The notes: generated by a model not told the origin, from the sequence alone. A stretch of DNA of 64,000 bases from an uncultured Alphaproteobacteria bacterium (GCA_963822575.1 CAWGHZ010000002.1:327115-391114), one strand, 5' to 3'; positions 1 through 12,539 are shown, counted from the first letter of the stretch. Numbers and translations are program-made.

Positions 1-176
1 ACGAACTCGTTGAGAATCTGGACGCTGATAATGCAGCGGCGCACAGTGAGGGCAGTGCCTTCACGACGGCGGCTGGAAGCCGGATCGCCTAGCTATTGCC
101 CCATTTCGCCACCTGCATGGCACCCTCCTTACGATACACGTTTGTTACGTATATCAGGACTTGGACGGTGGAAAGC

Positions 177-1466
177 CTACCGCTCGCGGAACGCGTCGTG
201 CTGCAGCTTGATGACCGGCCCGATCAGATATTGCAGCACGGTCTTGGTGCCGGTCTTGATGTCGACAGTGGCTTGCATGCCGGGCGTGATCGGATACATG
301 CCCGGCTTGTTGCCCACGTAGGATTGGTGGGTATGCACCACGACGCGGTAGTAGGGCCGGCCGTCGCGGTCCTGGGTGGTGTCGGCGGCGACGTTGGCCA
401 CCACCCCGTCGAGCCCGCCATAGGTCTCGAAATCGTAGGTCGAGATCTTCACCGTCGCGTGCTCACCGACGCTGACATAGCCGACGTCGGACGGGCTGAG
501 GCGCACCTCGACGATCAGCTCGTCGTGAGTGGGCACGATCTCCATGATGGGATCGCCCGGACGAACCACGCCGCCGATGGTGTGGAAGCGCAGATTCTTC
601 ACCACCCCGTCGATCGGGCTGCGGATGACCGTGCGGTGCTCCTGGTCGTTGGCGCGCGACAGCTTCTGGCGATTGCGCGCGATCTCGAGGTCGACCTGGC
701 CGAGGTCCTCGATGGCGGCGCGGCGGAACTTGAGGTCGGCCTCGCGCTGGCGTTCGCGCGCCTCTTCGAGCGCCGCCTGGGCCCTGGGCAGGTTCGACTT
801 CGCCTCGTTGAGCTGGCCCTGCAGATCCTCGATCTGCGCCTCGAGTTCCAGATGATCCATCTTGGAGACGAGGTCACTCTTGGCCAATTCGCTCGACATA
901 TGGAGCCGCTCGCGCCCCAGCCGCAGATTGGTGGTGAGCGCATTCATCTTGGCCTGGAGCGCAGCGACCTCGTGCACGCGCTGCTGGATCTGGCTCTTCA
1001 AGACGGAGAGGTCGGCCGCGAACTGCCGCTTGCGGCTCTCATAGGCCTCGCGCTCCGAGGCGAGCACGTCGGCAAGCCGTGGCGCGACGGTCTTGGGCAG
1101 GTCGAGCGGCTTGTTGTAGGCCTCGGCATCGAGCCGGGCGCGGCGCAGCTCGAGCCCGGCGATCATGACCTCGAGCTCGTTGCGGTTGACGGACTCGGTG
1201 CCGAGCTTGAGTTGCATCAGCTCGTCGCCCTTCTTCACGTTGTCGCCTTCCTCGACCTTGATCGCCTCGACGATGCCGCCCTCGAGATGCTGGATCACCC
1301 GCACCTGGCCCTGCGGCGTCACCTCGCCGGGGGCGGAGGCCACCTCGTCCAACCGGGCGAAGCTCGCCCAGGCGAACGCGACCGCGACCACGGTGGCGGC
1401 AGTCCAGGCGGCCCGCCGCCAGCCGGAAACCGGATGCGCAGCGACCAGCGCGTCGAGCCGGCTCAT
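177..1466 (-). CDS. Type I secretion periplasmic adaptor (HlyD/PrtE membrane-fusion family), 429 aa
   Basis: Intact 429-aa ORF. Single N-terminal TM segment, long coiled-coil region and C-terminal beta-barrel-like region typical of HlyD. Its start overlaps the stop of the upstream ABC gene (operon). Confidence 0.85.
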   Translation of the reverse strand: MSRLDALVAAHPVSGWRRAAWTAATVVAVAFAWASFARLDEVASAPGEVTPQGQVRVIQHLEGGIVEAIKVEEGDNVKKGDELMQLKLGTESVNRNELEVMIAGLELRRARLDAEAYNKPLDLPKTVAPRLADVLASEREAYESRKRQFAADLSVLKSQIQQRVHEVAALQAKMNALTTNLRLGRERLHMSSELAKSDLVSKMDHLELEAQIEDLQGQLNEAKSNLPRAQAALEEARERQREADLKFRRAAIEDLGQVDLEIARNRQKLSRANDQEHRTVIRSPIDGVVKNLRFHTIGGVVRPGDPIMEIVPTHDELIVEVRLSPSDVGYVSVGEHATVKISTYDFETYGGLDGVVANVAADTTQDRDGRPYYRVVVHTHQSYVGNKPGMYPITPGMQATVDIKTGTKTVLQYLIGPVIKLQHDAFRER

Positions 1467-3127
1467 GCCTTGCGTTCCAGCGGCGGACCGACGGTGTGTC
1501 GGAACAGCTTGGGCATCACCTCGTGCGCCGGGCCGGCCAGCGCGACCCGTCCGTGGTCGAGCGCGATGACGTTGTGACAGCCGGCGAGCACGATGGGATT
1601 GTGGGTCACCACCACCACGTTGCGCGTCTGGGCGAGCTCGGCCAGCAGGTTGCGCAGGCTCTCCTCCGATGGCCGGTCGAGCCCCGCCGCCGGCTCGTCG
1701 AGCAGCAGCACCGGCGGGTCGCCCACCAGCATGCGGGCGATGGCGATGCGCTTGCGCTCGCCGACCGAAAGCCGGGCGCCCGCCTCGCCGATGTCGGAGG
1801 CGTACCCGTCGGGCAGGTCGACGATGAAGCCGTGTGCGCCCGCGCGCGTCGCCGCCGCGACGATCTGCTCGTCGGTCACGTCCTCGCGCCCGGCGACCAG
1901 GTTGTCGCGCACCGAGCCGCGGAACAGGAACGTCTCCTGCGGCACGTAGCCGATCCAGCGCGCGAGCTCGCGCCGGGTGAACTGCTCGAGGTCGGCGCCG
2001 TCGAGCAGAACGCGGCCGTCGGCCGGCCGGTAGAGCCCCTGCATCAGCTTGAGAAGCGTGGTCTTGCCGCTGCCGTTATGGCCGACGATGCCGTGCAGAC
2101 CGCCGGGCTTCACGGTGAAGCGGACATTCTCGACCGCGGGTCGCTTTGCCCCTTCGAACCGGAACGTGATCCCTTCGACCGCGAGCACGCCCTGCGGCCG
2201 GGCGAACTCCACCTCGCTCGTGCGCCGGTCCTCCTCGATCGCGAACGCCTCGCCCAGCCGCCCCACCGACTGGCGGTAGACGGCGAGGTTGCGCCAGGCG
2301 GCGACGAGCTGGTTCAGCGGATTGATGATCCGCGCCGACAGCATGTTGGCCGCGATCAGCGCGCCGATCGTCATCTGATGGTCGATGATGGCGAGGGCGC
2401 CGGCGCTGGTCATGCAGACCGTGGTCATCATGGTGAGGCCGGAGGACATGTTGCCGAACGAGTTGGCCCGCCCGCCGCGCAGGATGGCGCGCTCGATCGT
2501 GTCGGCGTGCTTGTCCTCCCAGCGCGGGCGCATCGCGTCGTCGAGCGCCAGCGCCTTCATCGTGGTGCGTCCGGCCACCATCTCGGCGATCAGCGCGTCG
2601 CGGCTGATCCCGCTTTCGCGCTCCGTGCGGCTCGCGCGCTGGACCACGACCGACGACAGCCAGGCGACGGTGAAGAAGGCGAGCAGCACCAGCCCCAGCA
2701 CCCAGACGAGCGGCGAGGCGATGATGACGATCAGCGAGATGGCGAGCACCACGAAGGGCAAATCGACCAGCAGCACCGCGTTGGGCCCGGAGACCATGTT
2801 GCGCACCTGCTCGGCGTCGCGGAACAGGGTCTGCCAATAGGCGGCCGGCCGCCTCTCGAGCTCGCGGAGGGAAACGCCGGTGATCTTGTCGTAGAGCGCC
2901 CGGCCGAGCGCCGCGTCCATCTTGAGGGCGACGCGCTGCATCAGGCGCGACCGGCCCTGGCGCAAAGAGAAGTCGAAGATCACCACAAGGAGCATGCCGA
3001 CGGCGAGGCCCTCGAGGGTGGAGAGCCCGGCGTGGAACACCACCCGGTCGTAGACCTGGAGGGTGAAGATCGGCGTGCACAGCGCCAGGGTGTTGATGAA
3101 CAGCGAGAACAGGATGAGCTCGCGCAA
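1463..3127 (-). CDS. Type I secretion system ABC transporter (permease + ATPase, PrtD/HlyB family, no C39 peptidase domain), 554 aa
   Basis: N-terminal 6-TM region then an ABC ATPase with Walker A (GHNGSGKTT), ABC signature (LSVGERKR) and Walker B (LLLDEP). Sits immediately downstream of the giant RTX gene on the same strand. Confidence 0.85.
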   Translation of the reverse strand: MRELILFSLFINTLALCTPIFTLQVYDRVVFHAGLSTLEGLAVGMLLVVIFDFSLRQGRSRLMQRVALKMDAALGRALYDKITGVSLRELERRPAAYWQTLFRDAEQVRNMVSGPNAVLLVDLPFVVLAISLIVIIASPLVWVLGLVLLAFFTVAWLSSVVVQRASRTERESGISRDALIAEMVAGRTTMKALALDDAMRPRWEDKHADTIERAILRGGRANSFGNMSSGLTMMTTVCMTSAGALAIIDHQMTIGALIAANMLSARIINPLNQLVAAWRNLAVYRQSVGRLGEAFAIEEDRRTSEVEFARPQGVLAVEGITFRFEGAKRPAVENVRFTVKPGGLHGIVGHNGSGKTTLLKLMQGLYRPADGRVLLDGADLEQFTRRELARWIGYVPQETFLFRGSVRDNLVAGREDVTDEQIVAAATRAGAHGFIVDLPDGYASDIGEAGARLSVGERKRIAIARMLVGDPPVLLLDEPAAGLDRPSEESLRNLLAELAQTRNVVVVTHNPIVLAGCHNVIALDHGRVALAGPAHEVMPKLFRHTVGPPLERKA

Positions 3128-3377
3128 ATGCGGCGTCAGCGGCCGGATCAGCGGCCACAGCCAGGCGCGGGCCGAGCGGGACGGGGACGCGGCCGGGGCT
3201 CTGATCGGTTCGGGGACGCGGGTCGGGCATGTCGAAATACGCCTCTATTTCAGGCGCTTAATGCAACTCACGGGGTTTCGCAGCCAGTCGTTCGGGTATC
3301 GCGGACCGCTCTGCGGCCCGGTTCAGAGCGCCACATATATCAGGCCGGACCTTGCCGTCGAATGAACAATCTTGCCG

Positions 3378-6300
3378 TCACCCCAGGGAACTGACATGCA
3401 CGTCCGAAGCATTCAATGCGACATCGCCCGGCGCGTGGCCCTGTAGGCTCGCGACCACGGTGTAACCGGCCGTACTGCCATTGGGATCGAAATACAGCGT
3501 CTGGTCTGCCGTGGAGTAGATGAATGTGGGATCCTGGGCGTCGTAGAAATCGTTAAGCCCGCTCGTCAGCGTCCCATCGTACGCTGTCGTGATTGTCGTG
3601 AAATGGCTGTGCGAATCCATCGAAGTGTCGGTCAGCGTGTGGTCCAAATTGTCGGCATAGACGTTATTGAAACCGGTACTGTTGAAATAGAGGATATCCT
3701 GACCGGTCTGGAAATCGGCAAGTATGTCACCGACATTGGACGGACCGCGCGGCGTGTTCGAGAGAATGAGAGTGCCGTCACCGGGTTGCCCGCTGGCGTT
3801 CGCGAGATTGCCCGCGTCGGTGTACATGAACACGTCGGCGCCGGCCCCGCCCTCGAGCAAATCCGAGCCACCGTTGCCCTGAAGGACATCGTTGCCGTCG
3901 AGGCCGCGCAGCACGTTGTCGCCGGAATTGCCGGTGATCGTGTCATTGAACAGCGAACCGGTCACCCATTCGATGTTCGTCAGCGTGTCGGTGCCGCCGA
4001 ACCCGTCGGACGCGGAGCCGGGGACCGAACTGTCGCCCAGCGTGACCGTGACGCCCTGGCTCATGCCGTCCCGCGCGGTGTCGGAGGCGTAGCTGACCTC
4101 GTCGATGCCGTTGCCGCCGTCGATCGAGTCGTTGCCGCCGCCGCCGAACAGGATGTCGTTGCCGTTCCCACCGAGCAGCGTGTCGTTGCCGCCGCGACCG
4201 ACCAGATTGTCGTCGCCGTCCTCGCCAAGGATGAGGTTGGCGTTGGAATCGCCGAGCAGGACGTCGTTGTTGGCCGAGCCATACAGGTTCTGGATGTTCG
4301 TCAGATAATCGATGAAGCCATAGCCGTCGTCGGTGGCCTGGCCGAGTTGCAGATCGACGCGCACGACACCGGGCGAGTCGAGATAGGCCGCGCCGTTCGT
4401 GCCCCCGCCGCCATCGATGGTGTCTTCGCCGCCGCGGCCGCGGAAGAACTCGTCGGCCGAGCTGCCCATGAACAGGTCGCCCGCGTCCGATCCCCGCACG
4501 CCGACCACGCCCGCGTCGAACATGTCCGTGCCAACGGACGAATCGCCCGTCGCTGTGCCCATGCCGTCGCTGTCGAGCGGCGTGAAATCGACTGTGACCC
4601 CGGAGCTCGCATGCAGAAAATCGAGCCTGGTGACGCCGCTGCCAAAGATGGTGTCGTTGCCGCCACCGCCTTCGAACACATCGTACCCGGCGCTGTTGGC
4701 CGAGTTGAGCCCGGACGACGAGTCGTAGATGTCGTTGCCGTCGGTGCCGATCACCTTCTCGATCGAGCTGACGGTCGACGTGGCGGTCAGAGTGTTGGTG
4801 TCGTCGTACTGGTTGACCGTGCCGCCGTAGCCGTTGACCTCGATGTGGCCGGGCTGGTCCGCGAAGCTCGCGATGTCGAACCCGGTCCCGCCGATCAGCG
4901 TGTCCGACCCGCCGCCCCCGATCAGCGTGTCGATCCCGTCAGTGCCGTCCGGCTGCTGCGGCGAGGAGCCGTCGAGGATGTTGTCGCCGCTGTCGCCGAT
5001 CAGGAGGTCGCCGTAGCCCGAGCCCTGCACGATCTGGATGCCGCTGAACTGGTCGGTGTTACCGAACCCGTCCAGTGCGGTCCCGGTGGCGAGGTTCACC
5101 GTCACGCCCTCGGGTGAGTTGTGATAGGTGATCTCGTTGCCGGAACCGACGCCGGTGAAGGTGTCGCTGCCATGCGTATAGCTGAAGCTTACGCCCGAGC
5201 CCGACCCGTTGAACGTGTCGTCGCCCGCCAGCCCGAAGAACTGGGTATTGCCGTCCACACGTCCGGTGATCGAGTCGGCGAAATCGGTGCCGATCACGCC
5301 GTCGATGTTGAGCAGCGTATCGTTGCCGACCGAGGAATCCCCCGTCGCGGTTCCGTTCGTGCCGTCCCCGAGGTCGACGGTCACGGCGCCCGTGGCGTTC
5401 GCATAGTCGACCTGGTCGTGGGTGCCAGCTGGGTGGGTTCCGCCGTCGATCGTGTCGTTGCCGCCGTTGCCGCGGATGCGGTTGGCCGTGGCGTTGCCGG
5501 TAAGAATGTCGTTGAAGTCGCTGCCTTGCAGGCCGTACAGGCTGGCGAAGCCCTGGATCGTGTCGGTGCCGGCGTACGGGTCGGCGACCGTCAGCCCGCC
5601 ATACCCGTCGCCTGCCGACGACAAGTCGATGTTCAGGCCCGTGAACATCGGGTCGAGGTTGGGATCGAACGCGCCGACCTCTTGGTACGACACCGTCATC
5701 TGCGTCGCGTTCGGTATTGTCGAAATAGTCGTTGCCCGGCCCGCCGACGAAGTACTGCCGGTTTCCCAGGTCACCATCCACCGTCGCGCCGCCGAAGAAC
5801 GTGTCGTCGTTCACGGTGCCGATGACGCGCTCGACGCTGTCGAACAGGTTGTTGGCGCCCTCGGTCGTATCGATGATGATGTTCTGGCCGCTCGTGTGGA
5901 AGTCGACGGTGATCCCGGCGGCCCCGGTCACGCCCGAGTAGCTGACCGTGTCGAATCCGGAATCGCCGTATACGGTGTCATTGCCGCCGCGCGGGGCGAT
6001 GACGTCGTCGCCGCCATTGCCGAAGATGCGGTTGTCATTGTTGTCGCCCTTCAGCGTATCGTTGTAATTCGACCCGGAAATATCGTCAATGTTGCTGAAC
6101 GTGTCGGTGCCGCCGAAGCCGTCGGTCGCGGTGCCCGCTTGGAGGTCGACGGTCACGCCGGCGGGCGCGTTCTTGTAGTTGATCTGGTTGTCGGCCGTGG
6201 CGCTGCCGACGATGCTGTCGTCACCGCCGCCCGGCTGGAACACGTTGAACCCGGTCTGGCTGCCGATCAGCGTGTCGTTGAAGGCCGAACCGCGCGCGCC

Positions 6301-9300
6301 GACGACGTTGAGGAGCGTATCCGTGCCGCCGTACCCGTCAGAAGCCGTGCCGGCGCCGAGGTCGACGGTCACACCCTGGTTGCCTGCGCCGACAGGCGAG
6401 CGGTCGTATCCCGCGATCGTGCCGATCAGCCGCTCGTTGCCCGGGAATTGCGCGCCGATGCCGTAGATCGTGTCGTTGCCGCCCTCGCCGTCGAAGACGT
6501 GCGTGTTGAGCTCGCTGTTGCCAGGCCCGGGCGGGGCGTCGAAGAACGTGTCGGCCTGCGGACTGCCGTAGAAGCGCTCGACGCCGCGCACCACGTCGTG
6601 CTCGGCGCCGCCGGCGTCCATGTAGGAGACCGAGTAGTCCGGCACGCCCGACATTCCGGAGGGCGTGCCCAGCATCCGGACCTCGATGCCGTTCGCGTCG
6701 GTGACGAACGAGTAGTCCACCGTGTCGAACCCGTCGCCGCCGAAGAACGAGTCGCTGCCGGTGCCGTCGCTGCCCATGCCCACGAACGTGTCGTTGCCGT
6801 CGAGCCCGACCAGCTTGTTCGGGTGGGCATTGCCCGTCAGCATGTCGTCGAAGTTCGTGCCGGTCAGGTTCTCGATCGAGATCAGCGTGTCGGTGTCCGC
6901 GCCGATCGTCGCCGTACCGTCGCCGTTGGCATCGAGCGCGACCGTCACCCCGGTCGACGCGTTGCTCCAGCTCACGCTGTCGGTGCCGCTGCCGCCGTCC
7001 AGCGTATCGCTGCCCGCGCCGCCGCCCAGCAGATCGTCGCCCGCGCCGCCCGAGAGCGAATCGTTGCCGTCCTGGCCGAGCAGCCGGTCGTTGCCGTCGC
7101 CGCCGATCAAAGTGTCGTTGCCCGCGCCGCCGGCGAGCCAATCGCTCGCCGCACTGCCGGTCAGGGAGTCGGCTCCCGTTCCGCCCTGGAAGAAGGCGGG
7201 GCCATTGCCCGCGGTGGCGTCGACCGCGACGGCCGACCCGGTCGCATCGACGGCGTCGGGGCCGTCGTTCCCGTTATAGATGAGCGATGAGAGGTCCGTG
7301 CCCGACAGGTCGCCGACGATCACCGAACTTCCGCCGGTGCCGCCGTCGATTTGGGCAACTTCGATGCCAACCAGGCTCACCGTCGCCAGGATTGCGGCGA
7401 TGGTGATCTCGACGGCGAGCTCGGTGCCGCCGGTCGCGGTGAACACGAAGCCGGTTCTCTGCGTCGGATCGGCGGCGAACACGGCCTTGTCCGTGCCGGC
7501 GCCGCCGTGGATCTCGTCGCTACCGCCGCCACCGACGATCGTATCGTTGCCGGACCCACCATAAATCAGGTCGCGTAACGCGCCGCCCACCAGCATGTCG
7601 CCCGCGGAATCGCCGACGATCAGATTGTTCGCGGCATTGTCGCCGACGAATCCCTGCTGGACCGTGTAGGTGATGCCGGCCCCATTGTTGAAATTGGGGT
7701 CGAAGCCGAATTCGATCGGATCGCCCGCGAACTCGTTCTGAACGACGATCGAGCCGCCATCCGACAGGGTAAGGGTAAGATCGCTTCCGCCGGTGCCGGT
7801 GCGCGCAACACCCGTCACGTCGCCATTCTGGTCGTCGATACTGAGCGTGTCCATGCCGCCGAGAATCGAGGATCGTGTCGTTCCCGTCGCCGAACGTGTA
7901 GCTGTAGAAGTCGTCGCCGGCCCCGCCCTGGAGCGTGTCGTTGCCGCCCCCGCCGACCAGCGAGTCGTCGCCGGCCCCGCCGAGAAGTGTGTCCTCACCG
8001 CTTCCGCCGATCAGCGTATCGTTGCCGTCATTGCCGGATGCGTTGATCTGGACGTCCGTGCCGGATGCGTCGACGGAATCGTTCCCGACGCCGCCGCTGA
8101 AGACCAGCGTGGTGAGCTGGGCCGATGTCACATTGAAGAGATCGACCCCATCGCCGGCGTCGCCCGCGACGATCCCGAGCACCTCGGTATTGTCGATTTC
8201 GGGGAAGTAGAAGCTGGTGGCGCCTTCCGCGGCGAGTGTCAGCATCCCGCCATAGCCGTCGACGGTGAACAGGCTCGTGCCGGCCCCCGTCACGCCGGTG
8301 ACGTTCAGCGAGTTCGATCCCGTCGCCGCCGTCGATGAGCGAAGGGCTGCCGTCGCCCGGGTGCCATTCGAACCGGTCGTTGCCGAGCCCGCCGAGGAGC
8401 GTGTCGGTGCCGGTTCCGGCATAGAGCGTGTCGTCTCCGTCCCCGCCGTCGAGCATGTCGGCGCCGCTCCCGGCGTGGAGCTGGTCGTCGCCGAACCCAC
8501 CAGAAACCGTCGTTCCGCCGCTGGCGCTATCGTTGCCGACATAGACGATGTCGTCGCCGTCCATTGCATCGATGGAGTTGCCCGATCCGTCGCCGACGAT
8601 GAAATCGTCGGCCGAACTGCCGGTCAGGCCCTGGACGATGGCGTAGGTGGTGCCGCCGGTGACGTCGACCAGGCTCTCGAGCGCGCCGCCCATCCCGTCG
8701 AACTGGCTCACGATATCGACGGAGTTGGAGGCGTCGAAGGTAAGGGTGAGGTCGAGCCCGTTCGTGCCGGTGCGTGCGGCCGTCAGGCCCGCGAAGTCCG
8801 GCACGGTGACCTGGAGCTGATCGGTGCCCGAGGAATTGCCGATCTGGTCGTTGCCGTCGCCCAGGGCGAACACGTAGGTGTCGTTGCCGTCGCCGCCCGA
8901 GAGCGCATCGTTGCCGCCCCCGCCGGCAAGCACGTTGTCGCCGCCGTTTCCGATGATCAGGTTGTTGAGGGCGTTGCCGGTGCCGTTGATGTTGGCGTTG
9001 CCGCCGAGCTGCAGGATCTCGACGTTGTCGGGCAAGGTGAGGCTGATCGAGGTCGTGATCGAATCCTGCGTGCCCTCGCCGGGGTTCTCGATCACCACAT
9101 CGCCCGGATCGTCGACCGTGTAGGCATCGTCGCCGGTCCCGCCCGCCATCGTATCGGCGCCCGCGCCGCCGTCGATCACGTCGTTTCCGGCCCCGCCCAC
9201 GATCGAGTCGTTGCCGGACCCGCCCATGAGCGTGTCGGCTCCCCCGCCGCCGAGCAGCGTGTCGTTGCCGGACTGGCCGTCGGCGCTGACGGCGCAGTTC

Positions 9301-12300
9301 GTCGCCGAGGCGTCGAGCAGATCGTTGCCCGCGCCGAGCGAGGCGATCACCTGTGTCACGCTTGTTTCGCTGAGCGCACCGATGGTCAGCACATCGTTGC
9401 CGGCCCCGCCGAGAATCTGGATGTTCTCGACATTGGTGACGTCGATAAATTCCGTGCCGACCGTGACGGTCACTTCCGAGCCGCCGGGCGAAACGGTGAT
9501 GCTATCGCCCGCCGCATCGCCATTGATCACCAGAAAATCGCTGCCGGACCCGCCGTCGATCGTGTCGTTGCCATCGCCGACCGACCAGAAGATGCTGTCG
9601 TTGTTGTCGCCGCCGGAAACGCTGTCGTTGCCCGTGCCTCCGGTCAGAGTGTCGCTGCCGGTGCCGCCGTCGAGCGTGTCGTTGCCGGCACTGCCGAACA
9701 ACGAATCGTTGCCGTCGCCGCCCAGAACCATGTCATTCCCGGCGGCACCGTCGAGCGTGTCGTTTCCGCTGCCACCGCTGAGCGTATCGTCGCCCGTGCC
9801 GCCGAACAGGGAGTCGGTGCCCGCATTGCCCACGAGCGAATTGTTCCCCGTGCCGCCATCGAGCGTATCGTTGCCGCTCGCGCCGAGAAGGGTGTCGTTG
9901 CCGTCGAGCCCGAACAGCATCTCGTTGCCCGCACTCGACGACACGCCGGACGTGCCGCCGACCGTGAAGGTCGAGCCCCGGATCTGGAACACGAACTGCC
10001 CGGGCAGGCCGTCATTCGTACCGAGAATGAGGGGGGCGGTGCCGGTGTCGGCGAAGGTGCCCGTCATGAGCGAGCCGGGAAGCTCGTAGAAGTTTCCCAT
10101 CGCGCCGGCGCCGTCGGAGAAGCCGACGACGGGCCCCGCCGAATAGTCCCACTGGATCTGGGAGTAGTTGAAGTAGATGTCGAAATCGCCCGTGCCGACG
10201 TCGGAGCGGTCGACCAGGACGACCTGGAACGTGTTGAGGAGGTCGGTCCCGCTCGGGAACCGTCCGACGTCGTTCCAGGTGGCGGCGAACGCGGCATGAC
10301 CGGCAAAAGTGCCGGTGCCATAGGTGACTGTGCCCGCGGCGGTCGTGTCGACGTCGGCGAAGTAGGGGGCGATGATCTTTTGCCCCAATGTCGCCAGGCT
10401 GGTCGAATAGTACGCCGTATAGGAGTTGCCGAATGTCAGATAGCCGTTGTTGTCGACAAAGACGTCACTATAGTTGGTGCCGAAGTAATTGACCGTGAAG
10501 CCGAGCGAGGCCTGTGCGACGGGAAAATCGTCCCCTGTTGGCAGCGTCCCCAAGGTGAATCCCGGCGCAACCGTCCCACCCGACACGGTGATCAGGTTGT
10601 CGCTCGCATTCCCGACCCCGGTGAGGTTGTCCGAGCCGGTGAGGACCAGGTTCTCGACGTTCGCGGGCAGGGTGTAGCTGATGCTGCTGCGGACGGTGTC
10701 GGTGCCCCCATTGGCGTTCTCGATCACCACGTCGGCCGCATTATCGACCACAAAGGTGTCGTTGCCGGTCCCGCCGACCATCGTGTCGGCGCCGGATCCG
10801 CCATCGATCGTGTCGTTGCCGTCGCCGCCAGTCAGCGAGTCGCCCGCGGTGCCGCCGATCAGCGAGTCGTTGCCGGCTCCGCCGTCGGCGACGATGCGCA
10901 CGTTCGAGCTCGCGCCATTCACCGTGTCGTCGCCGGCGTTGCCGTTGGCGATGATCGTGCTCTGGGAAATGCCGGTGTTGGTGAGGTTTCCGACCGTCAG
11001 GAGGTCGTTGCCGGAGCCGCCATTGAACGTGACTTCCTCGATCGCGCTGATGTTGATCGTGGCGGATTGGCCGAAGTTGACGTTGGGCGAGCTTACGGCG
11101 ATCAGCGCGTGCCCGGCGTTTGCGCCGGTGCCGGCCGTGATGGCTGCCGTGTCGCCGAAATTGTCTCCGGTAATGGTCAGCCGATCGTTGCCGGCGGTTC
11201 CGACGAAGGTGTGGTTGCCGTCGGCCACGTTCCAGTTAAAGGTTTGATTGGTCGGGGGCTGCTGCTGTTGTTGTTGCTGTTGCTGCTGCTGCGCCGAGGA
11301 GCCGGACGTCCCCGTCCCGGTGCCGGTTCCTGTCCCGGTGCCCATCCCGGTCCCGGTGCCGCCGCCGGTTCCGCCGCCGGTTCCGCCGCCGGTTCCGCCG
11401 CCCGTGTTCGTCGTCGCGGGCGGCGGCGGGGGAGGGGGAGGGGGCGGCGGGGGAGGGGGCGGGGGCGGCGGGGGCGGCGCCGCATTCTGCGTCTGGTCCG
11501 GTCCCTGGCCGCTGGGCGGCGTGTTGTCGCCGCCCTGCTGACCGTTCTCGCCGCCCTGGCCGCCTTGCCCGCCTTGCTGGCCCTGGTTCTGCTGCTGCTG
11601 TTGGCCCTGCTCCTGCCGGCCCTGGTTCACGCTGAACGGCGCAAGCTGGTGCGACAGGGCCTGCGCCGCACCGAACAGGCTCTGCTGCTGGGTCGGCGGC
11701 AGGATGAAGGGCTGCGCCGGCGAGCTGGAGAGGCCGGTCGAGGTCGTCGACAGGCCCGGCGCGTTCAGCAGCACCGAGCCGACGGAGGTGGTGATCGCGA
11801 TCGCGCCCGAGATCAAGGTGAAGGTCGACTCGCCGCCGATACTGGCGATCTGGCAGGCGAACTCTGTGCCGCGAATGCCGATCGAGGCGACCGGCGTGTT
11901 GATGTGCACCGAGTCGTGGTTCGCCTTGCCGATCTCGCCCGTCACCGCCACGAACACGCCCTGCAGCAGCGAGAAGCTCGCCGAGCCCGAATGCGTGTCC
12001 GGGTTGTAGATGAGCTGGTCGAGCACCATCCGGGCGTGATCGGCCAGCGCGAAGGTCGACTTGTCGACGAACACGATGCCGACCTTGGCGCCGTCGCCAG
12101 TCTGCAGCACGTCGCCCTGATAGACCGGCGCGTTCTGCGACAGGGTGGTGGTGGTGCCGTCGGTATGGCGCGCCGTCACCTGACCCGTGATCGACTGCAC
12201 GTGGCCGATGGGTTGGGCGCCGCCCGGACCGGCGGGGCCGGCCTGGGCGTACTGGCCGGGGGCAATCGGCCCGGCCAGGCGGGCCGCCAGCGCGCCCGGG

Positions 12301-12539
12301 ATGGTCGCGCCTTCGCCGGACACAAGGGCCGGCGGATGGTCGGTGTCGAAGAACCCGCGGACGACGACCTCGCGCCCGCCGGCGGTCAGGACCAGGTCGT
12401 GGCCGACCCGCGCATAGTCCGCCTGAACGATGAAATCGCGGCCGGGCACCACGACCTCGGAATGGCCGTGTGCCTGCACCACCTCGACCCGTCCGGCCAC
12501 GCCGCCGGCGCCGGACTCACCATCGAACCGCAACGCCAT
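3378..12539 (-). CDS. Giant RTX-family T1SS substrate (~3,050 codons) with an N-terminal FecR-like domain, a poly-Q/poly-P/GGGT low-complexity linker, a NIDO-like domain, many GGxGxD Ca-binding repeats and a C-terminal secretion-signal region. The ORF is interrupted by three apparent +1 frameshifts (near 8312, 7866 and 5700-5760).
   Basis: Four consecutive minus-strand ORFs (8028..12584, 7520..8569, 5059..7998, 3378..5777) each carry genuine Gly/Asp-rich nonapeptide repeats ([16 protein letters not shown]...) and become Arg/Thr-rich junk exactly where the next frame turns protein-like. The motif IGIRGTEF matches FecR; [19 protein letters not shown] matches NIDO. The proposed start ATG at 12539 has GGAGAGG upstream. 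The Asp/Thr/Ser-rich C-terminus lacks repeats, as in RTX secretion signals. Confidence 0.8.
11255..11480. repeat. Simple-sequence/low-complexity tract inside the RTX gene: CAG/CAA (poly-Q), (GGCGGn) runs encoding 21 consecutive Pro, and GGGT/GT dipeptide repeats
   Basis: Read directly in the sequence: cagcagcaacaacaa..., long (gggggaggggg/ggcggcggg) runs, and repeated ccggtgcc/ccggtccc units. It translates to Q11, P21, (GGGT)4 and (GT)6. Confidence 0.8.

Noticed and set aside
96-1577. 493-aa plus-strand ORF across the hlyD locus
   Set aside because: Antisense shadow ORF (Arg/Leu/Gly-rich, no motifs). The HlyD homolog on the minus strand is unambiguous.
3378-12539. Interpreting the nonapeptide-repeat DNA as a CRISPR array or non-coding tandem repeat
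   Set aside because: The repeats are imperfect, in-frame and encode the RTX GGxGxD motif. There are no regular spacer/repeat units and no cas genes.
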